DNA of 64,000 nt. Source: the human T2T-CHM13v2.0 reference genome, Homo sapiens. A program made the translations under genes and the position numbers. Below the pieces are notes generated by a model. The model did no database searches. It worked only from the letters and a program-made list of their open reading frames with translations, and was not told the origin of the DNA. The stretch is taken from the NCBI RefSeq assembly GCF_009914755.1, contig NC_060925.1; one strand, written 5' to 3'. Shown here one piece after another: positions 26,101-40,200 of this stretch. Numbering within the stretch: position 1 is the stretch's first letter; every line of letters starts with the position of its first letter.

Positions 26101-26730
26101 TTTCCACTGCACCATGTGGTGCAGCCCCATCAGGTCTCGCTTTCCTTTCCACCAGCCACATTCATAGCCATGGGAATCCGTGTTTTTCAGCAAGCTTCCT
26201 TCTAAAATCCCCCTCTGCCCAGAGTTCCTGGGGACCCTGTGGACCTTCCTTCCTTGTGACATGGTTGGGGAAACACACTGGTCTGCAGACCTCTTATTCA
26301 TCTTCACGATCCCGGAGGTGGCTTGAGCAATCTTATCTGTTGTGTGAGTGTGCTCACATGTGTGTGCGTGTGTGACTCTTTGCAGCTGTTCTATGACTAA
26401 CTGATGCCAGCTATCTGATACTGTATACTGTGTGCCCACCATATGCTATAGACTAAGACATGTCCTGACCCAAGCCCTAGACCCCAGGCAAGGCCAATGG
26501 CAAACTACTACCTGTCTTAGTTGGTTTCCCCTATTGCTCTTTGATGTCTTACTATATACAAGACACTTCATATTGTTTCATTTTAAGTTTTACAACAATC
26601 TAAAGATTTGATCCAATCATTGAATCTATTTTATAGTAGCGCAAAATAAGGCTCAAGTCTCCTGATAATCAGTTCATTCCTTTACCCATATCTCCATGCA
26701 GAGACAAATAATGTGACGCTAATAATTAAC

Positions 26731-28470
26731 TTTTTTTTTTTTATCTCAAGAGCTTTAGAGGTACAAGTGATTTTTGGTTACATGGATGAACTGTACAGTG
26801 GTGAAATCTAGGATTTTAGTGCGCCTCATCCAGGCCTCTGACACCTCATCCCCTTCCCTCATTGCCCCTCACTGCCCCAGGACCAGATTAGTTGAGGCAG
26901 AAGCAGTTGGAGGTGCTAGAAAAGCATTAGGGTTTTCACCATCTCCAGAATCTGCTTAGCACATGTCTCAACCTAAGGCAGTGCAGGCAGGACGGAGGCA
27001 AGAGCCTTGATTCCATAGCGGTTTCTCTTAGCACAGATTCCAGAAAGTTGAGGATGACATGATAGATGACCCTTGATATCTTTCTTCATTCCTTTTTGCT
27101 AAGTTATTCTCTGTTGTGTGGTGCCTGTGTGTGTAAGGCATTTCTAGGCAGAGGAGCTTTCCTGGGTCTGGTCAGTTTTACCATCTCATCTGCTGATCAA
27201 GATATAAAAGATGGACAGTGTCTGTTGTTTCCACCAATAATCAGATACCAGTCAGAATGCTAGAGTGACCTTTTCTTTTTCCGCCTTGGAAAGAAAGAGA
27301 TTGTTTCAAGGAACAGCTGTAGGGTTAGATAGAGAGGACTGACTGGAAAGTGATTTGATGATCTGAAGTCCTGGCATTCCATGAAGGTTGCTCTGGGCTT
27401 ATAGTACAGTACGAGAGATCTTTGTTGAACTGAAGAAGATGCTCTGACCATTAGGGTCATTAGACACTATGGAACCTTCTCACTGAAGTTCCCTTTATGG
27501 AAACTACTAAACATTGTACCCAACAGGTAATTTTAAATCCCTTATCCCCTGCCCTTCTGAGGATCCAGTGACCATTATACCACCCCTTATGCCTTTGTGA
27601 ATCCATAGCTTAGCTCCCACTTGTAAGTGAGAACATGGGTGTTTGGTTTTTGATTCCTGAGTTATATCACCTAGAATAATGGCCTCCAGTTCCATCCAAG
27701 TTGCTGCAAAGGACATTATTTTATACTTTTTTATGGCTGAGTGGTACTCCATGGTGTATATATGCCATATTTTCTTTTTTTATGTTTCAGTAGTTTTTTT
27801 CGACTTTTAAGCTCGGGATGCATGTGCAGGTTTGTTACATAGGTAACCTTGTGTCATGGGGGTTTGTTGTCTTACTAATAACTAATGGGTATTAAGCCTA
27901 GTACCCATTAATTATTTTTCCTGATCCTTTCCCTCCTCCCACCCTCCAATAGGCCCAGTGTATGTTGTTCCCCTCTATGTGTCCATGTGTTCTCATCAAT
28001 GAGCTCCGACTTACAAGTGAGAACATGTGGCATTTGGTTTTCTGTTCCTGTGTTAGTTTGCTAAGGATAATGGCCTTCAGCTCCTTTCATGTCCCTGCAA
28101 AGGATATGATCTCATTCTTTTTTCACTAATTTGTTGGTGGACACTTAGGTTAGTTCCATATCTTTCCAATTGTGAATTGTGCTGCAGTAAACATATATGT
28201 GCAGTTAGTTGTCTTTTTGATATATATAGTGACTTCTTTTCCTTTAAGTAGATACCCAGTAGTGGGATTGCAGGATTGAGTGGTAAATGTGCTTTTAGTT
28301 TTTTGAAAAATCTCCATACTCTTTTCCATAAAGGTTGTACTAATATACATTCCTACCAGCAGTGTATAAGCGTTCCCTTTTCACCACTTCCACACCGGCA
28401 TCTATTGTTTCTTGACTTTTTAATAATGGCCTTTCTGGCTGGGGTAAGGTGGTATCTCATTGTGGTTCTT
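26731..28470 (-). mobile_element. L1PB-like 3' end in three pieces (26731-26830, 27510-27775, 28124-28470) with a nested L1PA-like 3' fragment (27776-28123)
   Basis: Poly-T then L1 3'UTR; ORF2 C-terminal-like peptide MEYHSAIKK..MSFAATWMELEAIIL in ORF 27507..27752. Confidence 0.85.
26829..27357 (+). repeat. Local direct duplication, copy 1
   Basis: Colinear with 28909-29435, roughly 90% identical by eye. Confidence 0.95.
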
Positions 28471-28908
28471 CCAATAATTTTTAAAAGGCTGAAAAATGTC
28501 ATCAGGGCACGGTCCTCTCATTGTGCCATCCTCTCAGTATCCCAGAAAAAAAACTGAGCCCCATGGCACGTTCTGTTTCTGTCTCTGATTGTGGCCTGCT
28601 TATGGTCATTCCTTCCCCGTCTACTGCAGGGGAAGGAAAATACCCAGCACCTCCCAGGTAGAAAAAGAGGGAAAAAATGTAAAATGTAAAAACCCAAGCT
28701 CGGCAACTATAGAAGATAAACAACGTTGAGTCTCAGTATGGTTCATCGGCAGAATTTTCCCCAGAGCCAACGGCCTGTGTCAGAGCTATATTTTCCACTC
28801 CGGCTACTGTGATTTGGTTGTGGCACTCTTGGTTTCTTTCATTTTGGTGGAGACAGACTCTGACGCAAGTTTAAGGCTCTGGCAGGTGTCTGGGGGTTTA
28901 CGAACTTG

Positions 28909-29804
<896 letters not shown>

Positions 29805-30666
29805 TCCCTAGGTTTTGACTTTGGCTGTCTGCACACTGTGCTCAGTCCCAAAGCTTCCTGTGCCCCATGCCCAGCCCCAGTGGCCTCTCACTAGCGTTTT
29901 GGCTTTCAAAGCCTCAGTGTGGTTTCCTTCACCAAAACTTCACCCTCATCAGAGGCTCCTTTCTCCTCCCCCTGTAAAAGCCCCGTTTTCTTAAAGGTAA
30001 CTGGCCAACTGAACACTTTTAAAAATAGGTTGTAACTGCACCTCTCACCATCCCAGAAAAAGACTTGTAGTTTTCACTGGTAATATCCCAGACAGGGTGT
30101 CTAAGTAAATTGGAATGTTCCTGGTCCTGTGCATGTGTGTGTGTGTGTGCATTTAACTGTGGGTGGGGAGGCCCTGGGTCTTCCCAGGCTGGTTGGATTT
30201 ATCATCTCTTCTGCCTTTCCCAACATTTAAGATGGGCAGTGCCACTCACGGGCAGATGCCCACTTCTCTGGAATTGCCCCATCCTGGTAATATTTGTGGC
30301 TTCTGAAGGCTGAGTCTGAGATGCCTTCTCTTGGTTCCAAGATTCTGAGAAAGCCTGGGGAACAGCATAAAAATTCCACCCTGGAAATAGTATACAAGCA
30401 AACCAACTGCCCACCCACTTCCTGAGTGAACATTGCTGAGTGTTCCTGAGTCAGGGGCAGACCTAAATTCCTTAACCATCTTTTTCTTCCCTTTCCCAAC
30501 CTGGCACGGCCTCATACCCCTCTGCCCCTCCATTAAAGGCTGTATTTATGAGCAGTGATGGATGCTCCCTGACAGGGCCACCCTAGAAAAAATTGTGTAA
30601 TGACAAAAACATGATGCTCTGATTGACCCTTTGTGGTTTAGTACATTCACAATCCCCCCACCCCGC

Positions 30667-30958
30667 CTTTTTTTTTCTGAGATGGAGTCTTGCTCTGTCG
30701 CACATGCTGGGGTGGAATTGCATGATCTTGGCTCACTGCAAACTCCGCTTCCTGGGTTCAAGTGATTCTCCTGCCTCAGCCTCCCGAGTAGCTGGGATTA
30801 GAGGTGCATGCCACCACGCCCAGCTAATTTTTGTATTTTTAGTAGAGACAGGGTTTCACCATGTTGGCCAGGATGGTCTCGATCTCCTGACCTCATGATC
30901 CACCCGCCTCAGCCTCCTAAAGTGCTGGGATTACGGAAGTGAGCCACTATGCCTGGCT
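30667..30958 (-). mobile_element. AluS (Sc-like)
   Basis: Full reverse Alu. Confidence 0.93.
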
Positions 30959-33900
30959 AGATGTATGTACCTCTCTTAAGCCCATCTTATAGGTGAGGAA
31001 TCTGAGTTCAGAGAGGTGATGTGCCCAATCCAAGCCTACACAGCTGATAAGTGTCAGAACCAGGATTGAATCCTGGGCAGTGTGGCTGCAGAGGCCACAC
31101 TCTGCTGTCCCTTAACAGAGCTATGGGGAACTAATTGGCATATAATTAGCTGAAATGAAGTACTTCGTGGTGCCTGGCACAAAGGTACCACAATAAATAT
31201 TAGTTCCCTTGCCCCAAGAATGGTTTGCATTTTAATGACTGTGGAATGAAGGGCTTTCAGGATCCATTAGAGTTAGAAGGATTTGCATCTGAGTGCATGA
31301 ATGCGCTTGTGGGACACCCACGCAAGCCACTGACAATCCTCAGGGTTGGTCAGCCCCATCCTCAGAGGTTTATACCTGGAGCTAAATCCCGACGGGGACT
31401 TCTGCCGATGACTTTTATAGCTTCTGACATTTCAGTCTCTTCATCTCAGGGAGCTGGTTCTCTGAGGACTTTGGGGGTAACAGTTTTAAAAATAATGTAA
31501 GGCAGCTGGTGATGGCTGCTTTAGGGGCAGCACGTGAGCTGGGCCCCAGGAGGGGAAAGCCATGAATCAGGGGTCATGTAGCAAGACAGGGCTTTCCTAC
31601 AGGCTGGATTTGGTCAGCATGGGCCCCTGGTTCCCTTGAGGGATTCCCCGACTGTGCGGCCTGGCAGTCGTGCTCTGATCGAATGCCTCCGATTCCCCCA
31701 GCCGGCCTGACTCACCCTGCATCGCTCAGACCTCTGTCAAGGTGCTGCTCGGAGAGTCAAAGAGGCTGCAGCAGGCAATCCCCTTGCCCACTGCAAGGCT
31801 GGTTGGGAGGCTGAACAAAATGGCACATCCTCTCAAGTCCAGAAAGGTTGGGCCTTCCTTTCACCCTCCATTTTATGCCTGGAACCTCAAACAACAGAAA
31901 AAAACACGAGGCAGAAAAAAATAATTATAATAATTATTAATGCTTTCTGAACCTCTAACGCCACTCGATTAGTCACAGTCATAGTTCGAGTGCTTGTTAT
32001 GATAACACCTCGGTGGCTTCCTTAACTGTTGGTAGTGATTAATGGCATCATCTGGTCGAAGGGCTAGGGAGGAGTGTGCCTGTTGACAAGAAAGAGGGGC
32101 TGAGTAGCAGGGGAAGGAGAGTGGGGACAGGGAGGTGTGGGTGGAAGCCTGGGCTAAGGCTAGCGTTACAGCACCTGAGTCAAGAGGGCAGATCCCTAAG
32201 TTAGAGACCACCACTTAATGTTCCAAAGACATCTAGGGGCTCCTGGGTCATGGCTCTTCAGGTGGTGGATGGGCAATGTTCTCTAGTACCTTGGACACCA
32301 TGGCCAGGCCAATCTCATTTCATCACCATCACCTTCAAGTTATTCCCCAGTTTGGTCATTGGGAGAGACTTCTCATTGGCCACCAGAACAACTCTAAATT
32401 CATATGAACCTTTCAGTTTCCCCACCTGCAACTTGGAAATAAAGATACTGCTGCTCTTATTGGGAGGATAAAATGAAATAACAGATGGAAAGTTCCTGGC
32501 ACGGCATACAGTAGGCACTCAATGCGTGGTGGTTTATTTCACTCTATTTCTGTCTACGGTCCGTCACATCTTACACTTCATTGTCTGTCACCTGTTCCAT
32601 GACTCCTGCCCTGCCTCCCACACATTCACTGATTCCCATGACCCCGTGTCCCTCCTTTGTGAAGCCTCTTCCCACTGTTCCAGCTCACGTCGACACCCCC
32701 TCTCTGAGCTCTTATACTATGGTTGGCCCCGGGTCCTCCTGTTGGGTCCTCCCTACTTGTAGCATGGGTGTAAGTTTCATCTTCTCACGTAGATTTTAGC
32801 TTCTCAAGTTCAGGAACTGGGCTCATTGCTTCTTTTGATTCTCATGCCTGACAAGTCACAAGGTGAGCAATAGGTTCTTTAGAAGAGACCTGCGAGGTGG
32901 GTAGGGGTGGGTGTGTGGCAATGGAAAGTTACCCAAAGTAATGGGGAAACCATCTGGGGCACTTCTGTTTGGGGATTTCCCTGGACCACATTTTGTGACC
33001 TGTACCAAGCCCGGTGCTTTGTCAAGCTGGAATCCTGCTATGCTCCCCACTTTCCATACCTATTTCTGCCCATGGCACTCATGTGAATTGGCAGAAGTGC
33101 TGTGGGATGGAAAATATTGGAATCTCAGGGAAAAGGGTCAGTGAGTGCATCCTTCAGGGCAGGATGTGGGGTCCCAAAACTGCTTTGTGCCTGGCAGATC
33201 ACCCAAACACTTCCTCCATTTCCCCATGCCAGCTAAAGCAACCTTGGCTGTTATGCTCTGGGCCAGGTGTCTTTCAGGGCCTTTCATTCTCCACACAAAA
33301 AGCTTAGGCATAGGGGCCAGTCTAGATCCAGACACAAGGGCCAGCTGGAGAATTGGGAAGTACAGTAACACCTGGCCACCAAGGCTGGTACAGTTCAGCC
33401 TGACAACAGTCTGAGGACAGTAGTCTGTTGTGAAAGGGGACAGATATGTCACCTTGAAGCTGCAGCACTTTTCTAGACCAAGCCCACCTTCTTGAACATT
33501 TCAGTCTCTTTGCATCCAGCTGGGTGTATTCTGTCATATACACAAGTTGCCTTTGGCTCTGAGGCTGCTTTATAAGAACTAGTCCTGGATGGTGTTTGGT
33601 CAGGGATGAGGTTTGAGTTTGCTCAGCCCAAGCAGGTATGCTTAAATTACTCTCAGATTGGATGCCTCAAGAGCCTGGCCTACTCCTCTCCTACTGACCA
33701 TCTGTTTTCTACTCAACCCAAGCCAACTCACCATTTGACTCCTTCCCACACTTTTAGGATTGTGAACTGTAGAATGCTGGAGTTGGAAGGAGCTGTAGAG
33801 ACTAGCTAGTCTAACTTCTTCCTCATTCTATGGATGGGCAGACAGACCCAAGACTTGGGGCGATTTGCTATGAGCTTCTTACAGCCTCTGCATACTACAC

Positions 33901-34085
33901 ATGGATAACTGTTTACCTTCCTGCTCCTGGATCAGAGCCTGCCCTCAAGTTATCCCCCATAGCCCACTCTTGTTCCATCAGTTGTGTCTGAATCAAAGAC
34001 TCCCTTCTTTTTATTCCTTCTATTAACAGCCTTAAAACTCACCTTCCCCAAGAAGAAGCCTTCTTTGATTAATTCAGTTCATTTT

Positions 34086-34122
34086 TGTATGAGGATTTTC
34101 CAGAGAAACAGAACCAATATAA

Positions 34123-34167
<45 letters not shown>

Positions 34168-34610
34168 ATTTATTATAAGGTATAAGGTATGGCTCACGTG
34201 ATTATGGAGGCTGAGAAGCCCCATGATCACCTGTCTGCAGCTGGAGACCCAGGAAAGCCGATGGTATAGTTCGAAGGCCAGTTGGAGAGTCCCATGGTCT
34301 AGATTCTAGTTCAGGTCTGAAGGCCTAAGAACCAGAAGCTCCCAGGCAGGAGAAGATGGATGTTTCAGTCCAAGCAGTCAGGCAGAAAAGGGGAATTCTC
34401 CTTTCCCCTACTTTTTTGTTCTACTGGAACGCTTTGTAGATCAGACCATGCCCACTTACACTGGCAGGGGCAATCTGCTTCACTCGGTCCACAACTTCAA
34501 ATGCTAATCTCTTCCAGAAACATTCTCACAGGCACACCCAGAAATCATGCTTAACCAGACATCTGGAAATCCTGTGATTCAGTCAGGTTGACCATAAATT
34601 AGCCATCACA
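34086..34610. mobile_element. ERVL LTR, MLT2-type, with internal (GT)n
   Basis: ccagagaaacagaaccaat ... ggctcacgtgattatggaggctgagaag ... aaattagccatcaca. Confidence 0.82.
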
Positions 34611-34697
34611 ATCCTCCATTCTTTACGAGGCTGGTAGCTTGTACTATGTTAATTTTCACTTACCATTGTTTTTCCCCCATGAGTTCCTGTAGGATTA

Positions 34698-35020
34698 CAG
34701 CCATACACCAAGTAATGGTGTCTGTCAATAATGGACCACATATATGATGGTGGTCTCATAAGATTATGATGCTGTATTTTACTATACCTTTTCTATGTTT
34801 AGATATGTTTAGATACACAAATAACCTACCATCATGTTACAATTGTCTGCAATATTCAGTACAGCATCATGTTGTACAGGTTTGTAGCCTAGGAGCAATA
34901 GGCCTTACTGTATGGCCTATCTTATTGTGTAAATACACTCTATGATGTTTGCACAATGACAAAACCTCCTAATAAGGCATCTCCCAGAACATATCCCCAC
35001 CGTTAAGTGACACATGACTG
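34698..35020. mobile_element. TcMar-Tigger MITE (Tigger3/MER7-like)
   Basis: TA-flanked cag...ctg termini (cagccat...atgactg). Confidence 0.75.
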
Positions 35021-36354
35021 TATTTTAATGTGTTCTATATCACCTTCATTAGTCTGGCAGGTTCCTCCACCATTCTGGGAGGCCCAGACAGTAATGGCTG
35101 TCTTGTGATCTTTGTCTGGATTCTCACCCTTTGTCCAGCCCAGGACTACAGACTCAGGGATGTTCACAGCCCAGTAAATGGGAAGTATTGCTCGAAAACC
35201 GGATCACAAAGCCTCCTTGTGCTGAGGCTGGGGTAAGACTTGGAGGAAGAAGAACCTTCCCTGACTCCTTCGCTGGGGTCAGCCTCTAAGGGTCAGGGCT
35301 CACTCCCTGCAGTGTAGAGACTTTGCTGCGGGACAGGATGTGAACATCCTTGGCTTTTGCATGGTCAAGTTAAGTCACTTGTCCGGGGTCATAGTGACAC
35401 AATCATTGCCAAACCTGTTCATTTCACCAGGGCCCCATGGGATTTTGCCAAGTCAGTCCTCCTTTGTACTTTCTTGCTCAACTGGTGTAGAATTCTAGAA
35501 TTCTCAGGCAGGAAGGGAATTCATGGCGGAGGGTGGGGTGAGGTGGAGGTCATGTCGTACATCCTCCTAAGCAGACACATGGACGTCAGAGGCACCAGAG
35601 GGTTTCCACATTGACCTGCAGTCACCCATTTACACATCCCCCACCTCCGAGAGTTCAGGTATTCTTGCAAATGTCTCCATTTCTGCTACTGTAGCTTATC
35701 CTGAGCCCTTTACTGTTTTTCCTGGAAAACAAGAAAATGTTTGGGAATTTGTATATTGGGAATGGGCAGGTGTCTACATTCATTTGCTTTAAAAAATTAT
35801 TTGAAACATTGCCCTTTAAATGGAAAAATCATTTTCCTGATCTTTTTTCTCAAGGACATTTCCTGCTGCCTCCTCCAGACCTACTCTTATCACTCACAAA
35901 CCCTAGAGGTTCCGTGGCCAAAGGAGGACAGCAGCTGGCCATTTCAGACTATGTCCCCACAGGGATCAGGACTCCCTGGGACATGATGGGAGTCTGGAGA
36001 AGGTGTCGTGGTTGGCAGGAAGTGCCACATTCAGGGATATTGACTTCTGGCTCTTTCTCCACGTGACTATGAGATGAAGCAATTTCTGAAGAGGGTTAAG
36101 ATAAAAACCTTAGATGTCATCCAACCTAATCCCTGATTTTACAGGCAGAAGAAGTGGATTTCAGAGCTAGCTAGTGGCAGAGCCGTGACTCACAGGCCAC
36201 AGACCTCCTGACAGGCAGTCCTTTCTCAGAGAGCCCAGCACCTTCTGTGTTTGGTTGTGTTGAGGTGGAGTTGAAGGAGGAAGCATGGCACACCTGCTGT
36301 AGGTCATGGGGACAGATGACATTCCCCAGACCTCTTGCTGCCTAGTTCCTCTTT

Positions 36355-36445
36355 TAATTTTTTTTGAGATGGGGTCTCACTATATTGCCCAGGCTGGAGT
36401 GCAATGGCTCTTCATTCATAGGTGCGATCATAGTGCACTGCAGCT
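36355..36445 (-). mobile_element. FAM/FLAM-type ancient Alu monomer fragment
   Basis: 7SL-like ggtgcgatcatagtgcactgcagc segment. Confidence 0.7.
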
Positions 36446-37072
36446 GCCTAGTTCACATTCTTCACCTGGCCCGTTGTTCCATCCAGTCTTGACCTCGCTA
36501 GCCTGCAGGGGGCGTGTGCAAGCCCACACTACAGCCCAGGCATCCCCTCTGCAAGGGAAGTGGTGCTGTTGTGGACCTGCAGTCCTTGGGGGGCTTCAAT
36601 TTGTATAGAAATGACAAGGACAGAGCAAAGGAAAGTGGGATTTAATTTTAAGCGCCCACCTTCCCACCCCCAAGTCAATTTCCTGTGACGCTAATAAAAG
36701 CTTCAGGATCTCTTACTTTCATTAGTCCTTTCCACAGCCAAAGTAATTATATACACATTTTTTTTTCTTAAAAGACAGTTCTCCCTCCCATTATATATGC
36801 CTCTGGGCCCCATAAAATCTGGCCACCCTCTTCCCCGACCCGATTTACCAAATGTCAGAGTCCCACAGCGCACCGAGAAACACCACTGTCCTCCTGGAGC
36901 TCTCCCACACAATACAGGCCTTGACTGAGGGTGTGATTTGGTTCAGAGTAGCTGGGTTGAATTTTTGTAAAGAGGTTGCCGTGTGTGCACTTTTGCCGAC
37001 CTCAAAGCCACCAGAAGGAGGGAGCTGAGTGTACCTTTTTGTAATGATGACTCTCTATGATTTTCTCCATAG

Positions 37073-37218
37073 AGCGGTGCTTGCACACACTGACAGGAGT
37101 CCAAGAATGTGCACTGAGGGAGCGTTTCCGCACAGATCTGCGTGTTCCTTACCACTCACACATGTGCACACACATATCCATGTGTGTGTGCCAGTGCTTT
37201 GGGGCTCTGTTCCACGGG
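37073..37218 (+). other. IL19: IL19 upstream exon (146 nt); contains ATG 37107 encoding the N-terminal extension MCTEGAFPHRSACSLPLTHVHTHIHVCVPVLWGSVPR(G) of the long isoform
   Basis: Acceptor ttttctccatag|, donor GG|gtaagt; peptide in ORF 37029..37226 recognised as the long IL-19 isoform N-terminus. Confidence 0.88.
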
Positions 37219-40200
37219 GTAAGTAATTTCTGCTATAGGGACCCTGGATGTGGAGCCATTCTCTGGGACCAGAGATATCCAGTTTATTTCAAGACTCTGG
37301 AAGACTGGGTTTTCAGACACCTATGAACTGACAGGACTGCCTTTGTCTGTCATAAAGTTCCTTATTGCCAGACTGCTGGCCAGGTTTAGGGGAGAAGGGG
37401 GGGTCACCATACTGGAGATGCTGAGGGTGAGTGAGGGAGTGTAGGGTGGAAAGGCAGACAAATAAACCATATCTGCATACCCCTTCCCCATCAGCTCCCA
37501 TACTGGTCATGGCCCATTTCTTCACACAACAAGAGTCTTCACCAAGGTTGCTAGCTGCAATGGTACAGTCCAGCTAGCTGCAGCAAAAAGGGGGAATTTA
37601 CTGTAAGGAGCCTGGGGTGTCTCAGAATATCCATGGGATGGAAGCTGCTGCACGACACAGAGGGACTGGAACCAGGAGCAGAAGTCATCAGAAAGCCAGA
37701 ACTCAGCTTCTCGCTCTCTGAGGCCACGTAGTCACTCCTTTCTGCTTTTCTTGGCAGCTTTCTCTGCATCTCTGAGCAGTTTGCAGAGGACTGCAACTGC
37801 ACAGCTCTAGAGGCTACCAGTCTTTAATTCAAGGGACCAGCCAAGACTGACTAGTGCTCTAAAGTCCCAAGACCAAATTACTGGGAGACAGAGACTAACA
37901 GAACAGCTTAGGTCAGTTGTCCACTTTCCAATCAGCTATAGCCAGGAGACCAGGGTCACATGGCTGCCTGTGGACCAAGGTCAGGGTGGAAAACATCATC
38001 AATGGTGTCCCAAGTTAAATGGCTTGTCCTCTGTGAAGACCCTCTGATCAATCCTATGGAGGAAGTGACCTCTCTCCTGAATACCCACAGCACTTTCTCT
38101 TCTTGACATGTATTGCTTTCTATCTTGTGTACTATTATTTTTACAAACATCTCATCCCCTCTCCCACTTATCTATAAGCAAGTTTGTTTATCTCCATATA
38201 TTTCACAGCTTGCACAAAAAAAGATATATTTAATAATTATCCAAAGTCATTGATAATCTTCAGATAAATCAATTTTCAGGAACTTAAGCAACTTGGCCAA
38301 GTGTTTCATTTCACTGAATTGTCCAGGCTTGATTAAATGCAATTAATTCAACCAATTTTTATTGAGTGCCTTCTACACACCAGACTGCTGAGGACACAAC
38401 ACTGAACAAGACAAAGTCCATACCCCATTGAGCTTCCAGTGTAGTGGTGAAGACCATCAATCAGTCAACACCGTTTCCTCTAAACTAGGCTTTCAGCTGG
38501 GTGCCAAGGATAGAAATGTGTAAGTCTCCAGCATTGCCCTGGAGGAGTTGTCTCCCTGGGGCAGGGCAGTGGTGGTGGGGTAGGGGGGAAGGTCACAGAT
38601 GAATGCTCCGATATGTTGCTGTGCAACATGACAGTATTATTAGTTAAGGGTTGGGGAGGAAGTGCCGTAAGACCCCAAAGAGAGAGTGATTTACCACCTG
38701 GAGGAGGAGGGTGTGGTCAAGGGAGGTTTTGCTAAGAACAGTGACACATGACTGAACTTGAAGGGTGAATAGGAGTTTGCCAGGGAGAGTGGGAGTTGAG
38801 TATGTGAGTGTGCATGTGTTTAGGAAACCGGGATGGGGAAAGGAGACAGGAATGATGGTGATCAAGCCCTTCCAGATGAAGTCATTTATCTGGAAAAAGA
38901 TTTTAGGCATTGTGAAAGAGCTGCTGTGTCTGGAGGAAGGTGAGACATTTAGTATATCTGGAACACAAAAAATATGGGGAAAAGAATGGGGAGATTGGCC
39001 CTGGCCCCTCCTGGCCGTGTGTGTTAAGTCCGGGAGGCAGTGGGTAAGTAGCCACTGCCAATTGCCTTGGGGTCTGGAAGGCAATGATGTTGGCTGGGCA
39101 TGAGGACCAGGCACAGCCTGGAGACCAACCACCTCTGGCCAGAAACATATTCCAGAAGGCCTTAGGATGAGACATTACTCCTGCCTGTGGTCGTTGACCT
39201 CTGGCTTATGGAGCGAGATGGCTGCATGCTGAGATTCTGGTGAAATTTGTCACTCCCAAATTGCAACCTTCCTCAGAAAGCACTGGATCTTCTAACTTTC
39301 ACTCTCTCCCTAGTAGAGTGGGATTTTCTAAATTTTGCAATTGAATTTAAGAAATCAAAGAAAGTTGTCCATTCGTAGTTTAAAAAAAAAAAAAAACCAC
39401 AGATGTCTGCCTCCAGACCCCTGTGTCCTTTGAATTACAAGCCTGTAGCCCATGGCCTTCTAGCCAATGATATGAGTGGGACTAGAGATGAGGGATTTCC
39501 ATGGACTGCTCCTGCTCTGGAATGTTCCTTGGAGATGACAGATCTGCTCTCCACTGTCCTCATGTGCCTGGAGGCGGGGGGTGGAATGGAGGCAACTTCC
39601 TGGACCTTTCCCTGGCCAGACTCAAGGCCATTGGCACCTGGTCCTTGTCTCTTTCCAGCTCTGTCTCTGTGCCCTCCCCATTCCTGGTCAGCCTCCAGCA
39701 CTGTTGGCCCAACTGCCTATCTCAGACCTCTATGGCTCTGGGTCAGTCTTAGACAAACTACTCCCTCTTCTCTCCCTGTCAAGCATCACTTATCCTTCCG
39801 GTCAAAGTTCTGTGTCTCTATAAAGGCTTCTCCGTCCCACCTGAGTCAGACCCAAGAGCTCCCTCTTCTGTGCTGTCCCAGCACTTTTGAGTCACTTCTA
39901 TTATTACCCCCACTTCCTTGGAGGACAGTTATCTGTTCTTATGTTCATATTGTTCTTATGTTCTTAAGTAGACTGAATTTCTTGGGGACTAGACCTTAAT
40001 CATCTCTATATCCCTGGTCATGAGCAACAGTGCCTGACACATCACAGACTCACAATACATACTCTGTTTGTCAATGAAGGGTGATTACCTGGGTATCTTG
40101 ACTGTTGGGATTGAGGTAGGATGAAGGCAGCTTTGGGAAGAACTCCAGTGAGCAGAAAAAGGGAAGGGACATTTGGGTGGAAGAAACAGTTTGAACGAAG

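Noticed and set aside
39403-39999. Longest ORF in the window (198 aa)
   Set aside because: No recognisable family, splice architecture or promoter/poly(A) context; the 3' part resembles old L2-type repeat sequence. PhyloCSF or Ribo-seq would be needed to revive it.
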